DNA of 64,000 nucleotides, from assembly GCF_905237065.1 (NCBI RefSeq), contig NC_059455.1, positions 34,096,034 through 34,160,033 on the forward strand. The letters run 5' to 3'. This document shows positions 39,244 to 51,179 of this stretch, in pieces (position 1 is the stretch's first letter; each line of letters opens with the position of its first letter). Source of the DNA: Salmo salar. Its lineage: Eukaryota. The position numbers and the translations under genes are program-made. The notes beneath the pieces were generated by a model. It did no database searches. It was not told the DNA's origin and was given only the letters and a program-made list of their open reading frames with translations.

Positions 39244-41385
39244 TCACCTGTCTTTTGTGATTGTCTCCATCCCCCTCCAGGTGTCGCCCATCTTCCCCAT
39301 TATCCCCTGTATATTTATACCTGTGGTCTCTGTTTGTCTGTTGCCAGTTCGTTTTGTTTCGTCAAGCCTACCATCGTTTTCTCCTCTGCTCCTGTCTCTT
39401 GATTGTTCCTGTTTCCTAGTTTCCCCGGTGTTGACCATTCTGCCTGCCCTGACCCTGAGCCTGCCGTCCTGTACCTTTGCCCCACCTATCTGGATTACTG
39501 ACCTCTGCCTGCACTTGACCCGTCTTTTGCCTGCACCTGTTCGATTAATAAACTGTTGTTACTTCGACGTTGTCTGCATCTGGGTCTTACCTGAAACGTG
39601 ATAGTACGAACTGGCCATGCCTGACCAGGCAGACTCGGACAAGCTGCGCAACACCATCTCCTCCCAAGGAGCCACCATTGGTAGGCACGAGGAATTGCTT
39701 CGTGGCCTTATGGAGGGGGTCTATACCTTGGCCGAACGCCATGCCCATGGACATCCTGCTGGAGAAATTCCGGGGGTTGGTTGGGAGGCAGCCTACTATG
39801 ACAGTAACCTCACAGCCCCTCAGTAACTCAGCACTTAGCAGCGCAGCCTCATCGGTCACTCCGCCTTCCCGGGAGCCCCGCTTACCTCCCCCGGAACGCT
39901 TCAATGGAGAGCCGGGCACCTGTCAGGGGTTTCTAGCTCAGTGTGCCCTCATCTTCAAGCTTCAGCCCTCCTCCTTCCCCTTGGACCACTCTAAGATAGC
40001 GTACCTAATCACGCTGATGTCCGGGAGGGCGCTCGCCTGGGCTACAGCTGTATGGGAGCAACAGCTGTCCATATGCGTCAGTCTGGAGGAGTTCATGGGA
40101 GAAGTAAAGAAGGTGTTTGATGCCCCATTCTCCGGAAGAGAGGCTACCCAGAAGCTACTCCAGCTTCGGTAGGATTTCCGAATGTTGGCAGCTGAGAGTG
40201 CCAGGAACCAGGAAGCGCTGTTCGACATGTTCCTACACGAAGTCTCGGAGGAGGTCCAGGACGAGCTTGCAGCCCAGGAATTACAGATAGATCTCGATTC
40301 CCTCATCGCCTTGACCATCAGGATCATTGGGTGACTACGGGAACGACAGAGGGAGAGGAGATTCGATTTTGCTCACCCGTCCAAGGATTCAACCTCACCT
40401 CCGAGGCATCCCGGAAGTCCCTGACAGCCCCGTTGCCGAGAGAAGCTGAGGCTACCCGAGGTTCCCCGAGAGTTGCCAAAGACGGCCGAGTCACCATTTC
40501 CCGAGCCTATGTAACGTCTTCCTAGCGGCTCGGAAGTTGCCCCGGACCTCTCCGCCATTCCTGCTGAGTACCAGGACCCTCGGGAGGTGTTCAACAAGGC
40601 CCGGGCCACTTCGCTTCCGCTACACCGACCATATGACTGCGGGATTGACCTTCTACCTAGCACCACTCCACTCCAGGGACGACTGTACTCGCTGTTGATA
40701 CCGAAGACCAAGGCTATGGAGACCTACATTGGGGACTCCCTAGCTGCAGGATTTACGGGCTCAGGGCCAAGACCCTGAGCCCGTGCATCGACTACCGGGG
40801 ACTCAATGACATAACGGTTAAGAACCGCTACCCGCTACCACTCATCTCCTCGGCCTTCGAGCCACTCCAGGGGGCCACCGTGTTTTCCAAGCTGGATCTA
40901 TGGAACGCCTACCACCTGGTGCGGACACAGGAGGGGGATGAGTGGAAGACCGCTTTCCACACAGCCAGCGGCCACTACGAGTATTTGGTCATGCCATTTG
41001 GCTTTACCAACGCCCCTGCTGTGTTCCAGGCTTTGGTAAATGATGTTCTCCATGACATGTTGAGCTAGTTCGTCTTCATTGATGACATCCTCCTCTTCTC
41101 CCGCTCCCCCCAAGAACATGTGCTCCACGTCCGACAGGTTATTCAACGCCTCCTGGAGAATCAGCTGTTTTTAAAGGCAGAGAAGTCTGAGTTCCATCGC
41201 TCCACCATCCCCTTTCTGGGGTACATCATCTCTGCTCGGAGTGTCTAGATGGATCCCGGGAAGGTGAGAGCGGTGGTGGATTGGCCCCAGCCTACGTCCA
41301 GGTTGCAGCGGCAACGTTCGCTGGGGTTCGCCAACTTTTATCGTCACTTTATCCAGGGTTACAGCACAACAGTTTGTGGGTACCA
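39244..41385 (+). mobile_element. Ty3/gypsy-type LTR retrotransposon holding a 5' LTR/leader, gag, protease and the N-terminal half of RT. It is 3'-truncated.
   Basis: gag reads 'MPDQADSDKLRNTISSQGATIGRHEELLRGLMEG...PPERFNGEPGTCQGFLAQCALIFKLQPSSFPLDHSKIAYLITLMSGRALAWATAVWEQQ...VKKVFDAPFSGREATQKLLQLR'. RT reads '[60 protein letters not shown]' and '...[31 protein letters not shown]'. The coding signal ends near 41385, just before the Tc1 at 41492. Confidence 0.8.
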
Positions 41386-42721
41386 TTTGTCACCATTATA
41401 GTGCAATTAATGTATTGTTTAGTGTTGTGTTGTGGCTTTGCTGGCATGCGTCAACAACAAAAAAATGGGGAGTTTGCCCCACCAAGATGCACAGTTGAAT
41501 TCAGAAGTTTACATACACCTTAGACAAATACATTTAAACTCCGTTTTTCACAATTCCTGACATTGAATCCTAGTAAAAATGTATTTCAGCTTTCATCTCT
41601 TTCATCACATTCCCAATGGGTCAGAAGTTTACATACACTCAATTAGTATTTGGTAGCATTGCCTTTAAATTGTTTAACTTGGGTCAAACATTTCGGGTAG
41701 ACTTCCACAAGCTTCCACAATAAGTTGGGTGAATTTTGGCCCATTCCTCCTGACAGAGCTGGTGTAACTGAGTCAGGTTTGTAGGCCTCCTTGCTCGCAC
41801 ACGCCTTTTCAGTTCTGCCCACAAATTTTCTATAGGATTGAGGTCAGGGCTTTGTGAGGTCAGGGCTTTCCAATACCTTGACTTTGTTGTCCTTAAGCCA
41901 TTTGCCACAACTTTGGAAGTATGCTTGGGGTCATTGTCCATTTGGAAGACCCATTTGCGACCAAGCTTTAGCTTCCTGACTGATGTCTTGAGATGTTGCT
42001 TCAATATATCCACATCATTTTCTTGCCTCATGATGCCATCTATTTTGTGAAGTGCACCAGTCCCTCTTGTAGCAAGCACCTCCACAACATGATGCTGCCA
42101 CCCCCGTTCTTCACGGTTGGGATGGTGTTCTTCGGCTTGCAAGCCTCCCCTCCTCCTCCAAACATAACGATGGTCATTATGGCCAAACAGTTCTATTTTT
42201 GTTTCATCAGACCAGAGGACATTTCTCCAAAAAGTACAATCTTTGTCCCCATGTGCAGTTGCAAACAGTAGTCTTGGTTTTTTATGGCGGTTTTGGAGCA
42301 GTGGCTTCTTCCTTGCTGAGCGGCCTTTCAGCTTATGTCGATATAGGACTTGTTTTACTGTGGATATAGATACTTTTGTACCTGTTTCCTCCAGCATCTT
42401 GCCAAGGTCCTTGGCTGTTGTTCTGGGATTGATTTGCACTTTTCGCACCAAAGTACGTTCAACTCTAGGAGACAGAATGCGTCTCCTTCCTGAGCGGTAT
42501 GACGGCTGCGTGGTCCCATGGTTTTTATACTTGCATACTATTGTTTGAACAGATGAACGTGGTACCTTCAGGCGTTTGGAAATTGCTCCCAAGGATGAAC
42601 CAGACTTGTGGAGGTCTACAATTTTTTTTCTGAGGTCTTGGCTGATTTCTTTTGATTTTCCCATGATGTCAAGCAAAGAGGCACTGAATTTGAAGGTAGG
42701 CCTTGAAATACATCCACAGGT

Positions 42722-43274
42722 TGTAATGGAAATTATATGATTAAAGGTTTGACTAAATTATTTCACCCTGAAAATGTATAACCGAGTGATTATAAGATGA
42801 ATGTACTAATGTGTGTGTGTGTGTGTGTGTGTAGGAAAAGTTTAAGCTTAATGATTTAGCAATGTAAGTAAGACATTCAAGGAAAAGGGGAACTTTTAAC
42901 AGACAGCAGACAACTTGTGAAACTGATAAACAGGAACGTCTCCCCACCCAGGGAGGGGAGAAACCTTTAGGGTTGCAGTAGATTATGTAACATGGGGCAG
43001 GATATGATACGCAATGTATGTGATGGAGAAGACTTGTAAATTAGCATTGACAGTGTTAAAGAAGAGGAGGAGCATTTGTAAGCGGTATGACATATGGTAT
43101 GACCAAATGTTAGGTATAAAAGGCTGTGTACATTGTATGATATTCAGAGCTGACTATTGTAAGCTGGGTCTCCGTCTGCTTCATTCAACCATAATCTTAC
43201 AAGTTCTGGGATATAGACTGAGTAGATTAATTGAAGTTCAGTTTAAGAACATTGGGAAGAGAATTCCCATAACA
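42722..43274. mobile_element. Putative solo LTR of 553 bp (TG...CA termini with a 5-bp TSD) nested in the Tc1 at 41492-43606.
   Basis: The insert begins 'tgtaatgg' and ends 'cccataaca'. It is flanked by direct 'caggt' at 42717-42721 and 43275-43279, and the Tc1 consensus 'catccacaggtacacctcc' is restored when the insert and one TSD copy are removed. It has an internal TATA-like 'aggtataaaaggctg' and a (GT)11 run. Confidence 0.5.
42811..42832. repeat. (GT)11 microsatellite.
   Basis: The run 'gtgtgtgtgtgtgtgtgtgtgt' is visible directly. Confidence 0.95.
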
Positions 43275-44079
43275 CAGGTACACCTCCAATTGACTCAAAT
43301 TATGTCAATTAGCCTATCAGAAGCTTCTAAAGCCATGACATAATTTTCTGGACTTTTCCAAGCTGTTTAAAGGCACAGTCAACTTAGTGTATGTAAACTT
43401 CTGACCCACTGGAATTGTGAAACAGTGAATTATAAATGAAATATAAGTGAAATAATCTGTCTGTAAACAATTGTTGGAAAAATTACTTGTATCATGCACA
43501 AAGTAGATGTCCTAACCGACTTGCCAAAACTATAGTTTGTGGAGTGGTTGAAAAACAAGTGTTAATGACTCCAACATAAATGTATGTAAACTTCCGACTC
43601 CAACTGTACATGCTAATATTATCACTGACACTGTACCTATAATAACAAGCTGCACTGATGCAGTACTAAATGTTTTATAACTCAATGAAAAGTAGTATAT
43701 CATTAACCCGAGGACCACACTGGAAATAACTGTTTTTACACTTTCACGTGTCATCCTCTGGATTTTCTTGTTCTTAAATGTTTTTTTTTTTACTGTACAA
43801 TGTGTTTTACCTAAAATAAAATCAATCAATACTCTCTGCTCTTTTTCTTCACATTTTCTTAACCAAATGCTCAATACATCATGGGTACCCCCACCACCAC
43901 TCTCAGCATCAGCCCTTATTTATCAGTGGAGGAGGGAGGAACAAGATCAAAGTTTCCTACACACCTGGTGGAACAGTGAATGGTTGATTGACTGAACGAG
44001 AAGGATAGGCCTACAGTATACTCTATACTATCAAATTAAATTGACAGGGAAAAGGCTTTGTTATCATTATGCAGAAATA

Positions 44080-45785
44080 TAAAAAAAATATATAAATGCA
44101 ACATGCAATAATTTTAAAGACTTTACTGAGTTACAGTTTATATAATGAAATCAGTCAATTGAAATAAATTCATTAGGCCCTAATCTATGGATTTCACATG
44201 ACTGGGAAAACAGATATGAATCTGTTGGTCACAGATACCTTAAAAAAAAAAAAAAGGTCAGTATCTGACGTGACCATCGTTTGCCTTATGCAGCGGGACA
44301 CATCGGGGCTTTTGATTGTGGCCTGTGGAATGTTTCACTCCTCTTCAATGGCTGTTCAAAGCTTCTGGATATTGGCGGGAACTGGAACAAGCTGTCATAC
44401 ACGTCGATCCAGAGCATCCAAAACTTGCTGAATGGGTGACATGTCTGATGAGTATGCAGGCCATGGAAGAACTAGGACATTTTCAGCTTCCAGGAATTGT
44501 GTGCAGATCAAGTTTCAAATGTTAATGTCACATGCACAAGTACAGTGAAATGCCTTTCTTACAAACTCAAAACCCAACAATGCAATAGTCAATAACAGTA
44601 TAACACTAGAAGAAAAAAAACACAATAAATAAGAAAAAATATGAAGAACACAATAAGTAAGTAAGCATACTATATACAGGGTCAGTTCCAATACCATATT
44701 TACAATGTGCAGGGATACTAGAGTGATGGAGGTAGATATGTATAGGGGTAAGGTGACTAGGCATCAGGATATACGATAAACAGAGTAGTGAGTGGGTGTG
44801 CATGTGTGTAGTCAGTATAAATGTAAGGGCATGTTATGTGTGAGTAAGCAGATGATGAAGCGAGTGTGTGTGTGAGTGTGTAGGACCCTGTGAGTGTGCA
44901 TAGAGCCAGTGCAAAAATACAAATAAAAAGGTCAATGAGGATACAAGGTTAACTCAGATAGTCTGTGTAGCTATTTTGTTAGCTATTTATCAGTCATATT
45001 GCTCGGTGATAGAAGCTGTTCAAGAGCCTGTTGGTGCCAGACTTGATGCGCCGGTACCACTTGCCGTGCGGAAGTAGAGAGAATTGTCTATGGCTTGGAT
45101 GGTTGGAGATCCTTGCGACATGTGACTTTGCATTATCATGCTGAAACATGAGTTGATGGCACGACAATGGTCCTCAGGATCTTGTCACAGTATCTCTGTC
45201 CATTCAAATTGACATCAATAAAATGCAATTGTGTTGGTTGTCCGTAGCTTATGCCTGCCCATAACATAAACCAACCACCACCATGGGGCACTCTGTTCAC
45301 AACGTTGACATTAACAAACCGCTTGGCCACACACCATACATGTGGTCTGCGATTGTGACGCCAGTTGGACGTACTGACAAATTCTCAAAAACCACGTAGA
45401 AGGCGGTTTATGGTAGAGAAATTAACATTACATTATCTGGCAACAGCTCTGGTGGACATTGCTGCAGTCAGCATGCCAATTGCACACTCCCTCCAAAGTT
45501 GAGACATCTGTGGCATTGTGTTGTGTGACAAAACTGTACAAGATGCACATGTGTAATGATGATGCTGTTTAATCAGCTTCTTGATATGCCACACCTGTCA
45601 GGTGGATGGATTATCTTGACAAAGGAGAAATTGTCACTAACAGGGATGTAAACAAATTTGTGCTCAAAATTTGAGAGAAATAAGCTTTTTGTGCGTAGGG
45701 AACATTTTAAGGATATTTTATTTCAGCTCATGAAACATGGGACAACACTTTACATGTTGCGTTTATATTTTTGTTCAGTGTACAT
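44080..45785. mobile_element. Tc1-like element of the second family ('aaatgcaacatgcaataattttaaagactttactgagttacagtt...gttcagtgtacat'), split by a nested LINE fragment.
   Basis: The 5' part is at 44080-44511 and the 3' part at 45111-45785. The 3' part contains '...ggcggtttatggtagagaaat...cacctgtcaggtggatggattatcttgacaaaggagaaattgtcactaacagggatgtaaacaaatttgtgc...'. Confidence 0.75.
44512..45110 (-). mobile_element. Nested L2-type LINE 3' end (about 600 bp) inside the Tc1-like element.
   Basis: It shares '...ccggtacc.cttgccgtgcgg.ag.ag.ga.a...gtctatg.ct.gg.tgg.tggag' with the L2 ORF2 end at 32640-32720 (the 'LLPHGKRYRSAK' coding region in reverse complement). The flanking host sequence 'agatc' is duplicated (44507-44511 and 45106-45110). 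Confidence 0.55.
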
Positions 45786-46019
45786 TCCTCTCTGTTTGAA
45801 TTAACACTTTTAATCTATTCCACACCCAGTGATATTCCACACATCCATTCTGCAGCTATGTTTAATTTTCCCCTGCTTTGACTATGGCAATAGTACATTT
45901 CTTTCTGACAGCCTGCGTGACAGTTTAGTGGTCGAATTTTAATCACATTTCTCAATAAAAATGACAGCCTAGGTGTGCATTCCAGATGGCATCCTGTTCC
46001 TTATTTATTTTACATTTTA

Positions 46020-46310
46020 CCTTTATTTAATTAGGCAAGTCAGTTAAGAACAAATTCTTATTTACAATGACACCCTACACCGGCCAAACCCGGACGACGC
46101 TGGGCCAATTGTGCATCATCCTATGGGACTCCCAATCATGGCCGGTTGTGATACAGCCTGGAATCGAACCAGGGTGTCTGTAGTGACACCTCTTGCACTG
46201 AGATGCAGTACCTTAGACCGCTGCGCCACTCGGGAGACCCATTAAAATCAGGGTGTCTGTAGTGACGCCTCCAGCACTGAGATGCAGTGCCTTAGACCGC
46301 CACTCGGGAG
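46020..46310 (-). repeat. tRNA-derived SINE in reverse orientation with a partial internal duplication.
   Basis: 'gggtctcccgagtggcgcagcggtctaaggtactgcatctcagtgcaagaggtgtcactacagacaccctggttcgattccaggctgtatcacaaccggccatgattgggagtcccatagg...' reads in reverse complement, and the block 'cactcgggag...cactgagatgcagt.ccttagaccgc' is repeated. Confidence 0.55.
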
Positions 46311-48289
46311 CCCATATAGTGCATTACTTTTGACCAGCAATTGCAAATTGTGATTTTGATGTGTGCTTGGGGTTATTGCCTTGCTGGAAATTCAGCTTCC
46401 TGGTGTGACAGAGTGGATACAAACCCTGAGTCTACTGCAGTAGAAACCAACTTTTTACCATTAAACCAAGAGGAAATACCCTCTTGGGCCGAGGGCAGAC
46501 ATTGATTTTGAAGACGCAGGTGGGGCTTCACCTTCACGTGACCATGAGCAACCATTCTTCGGCTCATGTCCGCTACACTGGCAGAGGTAACCAGGTTTTT
46601 GGCTAAATAGTGTACATTAGAACAGCCTTTTTCTTCTAAGCAATTTGATCTGAAAAAGCATCACTGACTCAAGAACTGAAAAATGACAGGATGTTGAGAA
46701 CATGATTTTATCATTTGGATGCATAAGGATGCACTCTGCCATAATTGTAATTCATATCCGTCATTCAAAATAGCAACTCTTGATCTTTGATAAAATAAAG
46801 TCAATATGTCATAATTTACCTTGCTTAAATATATTTCTGATGCTTCTGATATCCTTATTAGGGAATATGGAAAGATTTCTTCTCTGTGGAGAAAAGAAAA
46901 CAAAGTGTATATTGACATAGGTTGAATTATTTTCCAATTAAAAGTGAAAGCAAGTGATAACAATTAATACAAGGAAGGAATTGATGCAGACTCGCATGCC
47001 CAAGTGACGATTAGAGTCTGCCTGATGTTGCAACAAGCTAGCCAAGTCCGACCATCCTGATATTCTGAACTTACAGTGCCAGACAAATGTATTGACACCC
47101 TTGCACTTTTCTGAAATTGTTTCCTATTTCTTTTAAAGTACTTGATGTTTTAGGAAGAGGAAGGACTCCTAAGGATTCCTTATTTCCATGTTAGAAAGTC
47201 ATGTTTGTTCTACGGTACGGCGTAATTCTATGTCAGATCAAACTTTATTTATAGAGCACACTTCTACAAGTGAATGCATTTCAAAGTTGTTAAAACAAAA
47301 AGTAAAATAATAAATAAAAATGACAAAGATAAAATAGATGATCTAGACAAATGAAAATGTTAAAATTAAACAGATCATATTAATATAATAACAGGACAAT
47401 AAAACAGTGAAACCAGAGAGACTGTTGGAAGGAAAATAAGATAAATAAAATTGAATAAAGCAAATAAAATTATATCAGGTAGATAAAATAGCACAATAAA
47501 ATGACCCTAAGTAAAAGCACGGCTAGAAAGGTATGTCTTGAGCTCTATCTTAAAAATGTCTACTGTCTCTGAGGCCGTCAGATCCTCCAGCAGGCTGTTC
47601 CAACAGCCTGGTCTCATAGACTAAACATAACATAGTAAATATAACTCCGGGACTCTCAAATTAGTATGATATGTTACGTTTGGTTACACAAGACAGATGG
47701 TTGCTTAAGGCAAAAATGAAAGTAGGGTGGTTTGTCGGGGTGGATGCATAACGTTAAAGGTTGCGAGTTTGAATCTCATCAAGGACAAGTTTAGCATTTT
47801 AGCAACGTTTAACTACTTACTACTTTTTAGCTACTTTGCATGTTAGTTAACCCTTCCCCTAACCCTTTAACTTAACCCTAACCCATAGCCTAGCTAATGT
47901 TGGCCAGCTAGCTAACGTTAGCCAACTAGCTAGAATTCGTAACATATCATACGTTTTGAAAATTCATAACATATTGTACATTTTGCAGATTCGTCAGATA
48001 TTATTTGAATTGTAATTCGAAACATATCATATGAAATGGGTGATGGACATCTACAAATGAATACATACCATACAAAATGTAACATATCATACCAAATGGA
48101 GTGTCTCAGATTTACCCGCAGAATAATACGAAATGCTCTTAGACCAGGTTGGTTCCAAAGGTCCGGACCATAATGACTGAATGCAGCCACACCAAATGTT
48201 TTAAAACGTTGCATCGTGCAGAACGCACCTGAGAACAGCAGAGTGGAGAAGAGTCAGGATGTTATAGGATGAACAGGTTGGCTGTCATG

Positions 48290-48560
48290 GTTCCGAAAGA
48301 CAAAACTATGTTGAAAGGCTATGACATACTTCATGAACCAAAATAATATTATGAAAATATGAATGTGCATTTTGTTATAAAGCGGGTGATCGGCATCTTG
48401 AAGGGGAGGTTCCATATTCTTAATGGGCCACTTCCTCTTCAGTTTGTGAAGACTCCGCGGGACAAAATGGAAAACAGCGAGGTGGCCACAATTGATAAAA
48501 CTGTACGTGTGTGCAGCTTTGATATTGTAATCTCCATTCTCATCGACACAACCTAATGAA
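48290..48560 (+). mobile_element. Possible PIF/Harbinger transposase C-terminal relic.
   Basis: The plus-strand ORF 'HFVIKRVIGILKGRFHILNGPLPLQFVKTPRDKMEN...' has the 'VIER.FG.LK.RF..L' pattern of Harbinger DDE_Tnp_4 C-termini. It is short and degenerate. Confidence 0.3.
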
Positions 48561-49084
48561 ACCATTCTGAAAATGTGGTATGGTATTTATTAAAGTATAG
48601 AAAAAAGTATAGAACTTGTTTGAAACACAGCTGGCAAACAAAGACCATAATCTACTTTCATGTAAACTTAATTTCATGATATATTTCAAGTAACTATTGA
48701 TGCATTATAGCTGATTTACATTGAGGTTCTTTACTTAGGGTTTTTAAGGCACATACATAAACACTCCCCTACTACTTATTCAGACAGTGAAGCTAAAACT
48801 TTTTATTTTGGCAAATTGACTCTTTCATTAAATATATGTTATTGAATATAGCATGGTTTTTATGATTTTATGATACAAATATACATTACCAGTTGAAAAT
48901 AGGTTGTTGAAATGAAAGTGAGGAGCCGTCAACAGTCAAACATGAAAAATCAAATCAATTTAGAGGAAAAGCTTGTCATAATGTCTCAAAATACCTTCTG
49001 TAACACATTTTTACATAGAAAGTGTTACTGGAAAACTATGCAATTATTAACTATTTGTTTCACCTGGTTTGAGACAACATTAAA

Positions 49085-49645
49085 GAGCGACTGAACACAC
49101 TAATTCCACATTTCTCTGTTGCTCTTTAAGAAAAAACAGATTTCAGACTTGAAGGTGTGGTTCGATGTGGCAGTTAATAATGTTTGTCCCCCATGAGACA
49201 CCATAGGAACGATGCCAGTATTATGAATCTAAGATAACTCAAGAAGTCCAACTTGGACGTTTTTGCAGAGGAGATTTTAGTTGCGTAATTTTACATATAG
49301 TTAAGATGTTTGGCGCTGTATTTCTCAAGTTAAACAAAATGCAAACAAAGTGAGATGGGCAGGTGTGTCTCAACAGCTGTGTGTTCTACGGTGGATTGGA
49401 TAGAGCGCAATCACCACAGCTGTGTATCCGGTGTTAATGGGCAAGTGAGCATTGTTAAAATCAAAACCCAACCCTAAAGTAAGTTGTCAAACTTACTTAC
49501 AAAACTCAGTTTTGGATGAGACTGAATTTATGAACACAATTATTCTATTTACAATTTTGACAATAGAATAAATGTTTCTGACTCATCGGTGCTACATAGG
49601 CCTTTTTATATCAGAAGATGTTTATTGCCTTCAGTTGCGCTTTAA
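49085..49645. repeat. Insertion of about 560 bp specific to paralog D, lying exactly at the last codon of exon 3.
   Basis: Copies A, B and C read '...gagattacattaaacttgtgtgtggatcccc'. Copy D reads '...gagacaacattaaa[gagcgactgaacacac...cttcagttgcgct]ttaaacttgtgtgtggatcccc'. The termini are weakly inverted (agagcgactgaa versus ttcagttgcgct). The class is unknown. Confidence 0.35.
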
Positions 49646-50739
49646 ACTTGTGTGTGGATCCCCAGGGTATGCAGGTGCCACGTATTGAGATACTGGACTC
49701 TCTCCTATGTGAGTTTTCTGATGTGACTTCATGCTGGAGCGCTGAGTGAAGCATTTCCCACACTGTTTACACTCGAAGGGCTTCTCCCCGCTGTGGACTA
49801 CAGCATGTCTGATCAAGTTGCACTGCTGGGTGAAACTCCTGCCACACTGTTCGCAGGTGTACGGTTTCTCTCCGGTGTGACTCCGGAGGTGTACTTTGAG
49901 CTGGCAGAAACGCTGGAAGCTCTTCCCACAGAAGGTGCAGCTGAAACGCCTCTCGGTGGTGCCGCCTGATCTCCACTGAGTCCTCATTCTCTTCACCATG
50001 TTAAAACTACTGTGACTCAGGCTGTATCCAGAGAAGGTGGAGGTGGTGGCCATGTTTGACCCTGTCGTGCACTCACTCAATCTCACTGTTGCTTCTGAAG
50101 CCCTGTATTGATGCTGCCTTGGCTGTAGAGCTAAACTATTTCCAGCATTATTTGAGTTCAGCCTTTCGCTACTCTGTCCCTCTGGCATCTGTTGTCTAGT
50201 CTCATTAGCCAATGTCCTGACATGTCTTTTCCTGTGTGCTGCTGCACTGAACATGTTAGCATGTGGTTTTCCTATAGAAGAGTGAAGCGATGGCCCTACA
50301 TCATCTGTCATAGTAGGAACAGATGGCAGCCCACTATGAGATGGGTAAATTGAGATATTCTGAGAGTACTCTTCTGCGGAATGAAAGGAGAAATCTGGGT
50401 GGACATCAGGGTCAGTGTCTCTGCCTGGATCCACAGAGGTCCACAGCTGCCCATCAGACTCATCCATGACAAACTGGTCAGGACCTGCCAGGGTCGTGGT
50501 CTGATCCAGCTCCTCCTCTTTCACCATCACTAGGTCTAGTGAGTCCTCATCTGGCCGGTGCTGCTCTGCGCTGAACACCTCTGTAGATGTGAGCTGGGGT
50601 GTGCCTGGTTCCTCTGGACGATCAGAATTGGGGTAATGTTCCACTGAGTCTCTGGGAGATATATTGGGTTGTGTGATGAAGTCCTCATCACAGTGCTGTT
50701 GCTCAAAGGATGGTGGTTTCCCAGGCTTGGAACCAGATT
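49631..50739 (-). CDS. ZNF paralog D, exon 3 (3 C2H2 fingers). The C-terminus is altered to '...[14 protein letters not shown]'.
   Basis: ORF 49631..50797 is on the minus strand, and the acceptor 'ccccaaatctttag|AATCTGG' places the start at 50739. The last codon is changed by the insertion at 49085-49645. Confidence 0.7.
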
Positions 50740-50900
50740 CTAAAGATTTGGGGATAAACATAAAATAAACGTAACAAAAGACCCTTAACAGTTGCAAAAC
50801 ATGACTGCTTTAGAACTGACTGTGTGTCCGTGCGCTACATATCCCAGAACATAAAACACCAATGTAGCAATTTGGAACGTGCATACCACCATACCCACAC

Positions 50901-51055
50901 AGTCTTCCATAGACAGACAGAGCAGTGCCCCTTATGGTCACACCCACCCTCTCCAGTGATCCTGAGCTCTTCCTGAGGGTCAGTCTTCCACACATCCTCT
51001 GCTGTCTCCTCATCTTTGATCAGTATGGGTTCAGTCTCCACTCTCTGCTCCACAT
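50901..51055 (-). CDS. ZNF paralog D, exon 2, with an uncertain donor.
   Basis: ORF 50835..51131 covers it. The exon has the same 6-nt variant as copy C at the donor region. Confidence 0.35.
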
Positions 51056-51179
51056 CTGTAGGCTGTAACAGGGGACTGAGGTTATTACTCTGGACACACC
51101 ATTTCGAACGCTTTTCATACTCATAATTCACACAAAAGCAGTAAATTCTCCTGATATTCCAATAACAGAATTGATCCTA

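Larger units (their letters stand above)
41492..43606 (-). mobile_element. Tc1-like (SB-type) transposon on the minus strand with a 330-codon but frameshifted transposase ORF, interrupted by a 553-bp insertion.
   Basis: The left IR/DR is 'cagttgaattcagaagtttacatacaccttagacaaatacatttaaac...' and the right 'gtatgtaaacttccgactccaactg' followed by TA. ORF 41684..42676 reads 'MGKSKEISQDLRKKIVDLHKSGSSLGAISKRLKVPRSSVQTIVCKYKNHGTTQPSYRSGRRRILSPRVERTLVRKVQINPRTTAKDL...', then frameshifts through the DDE region ('...[25 protein letters not shown]...'). Confidence 0.9.

Noticed and set aside
41684-42676. The 330-codon SB-like transposase ORF, considered as a potentially active transposase
   Set aside because: Alignment to the SB transposase shows at least two internal frameshifts ('...[27 protein letters not shown]...' and '...[25 protein letters not shown]'). 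The C-terminus is lost and the element is split by a 553-bp insertion.
47650-47800. 'ggttgcgagtttgaatctcatcaaggacaag' at 47740-47770, considered as a tRNA 3' end or gene
   Set aside because: There is only T-arm-like similarity. There is no acceptor stem, anticodon arm or CCA context. It is probably a SINE or MIR-like fragment.
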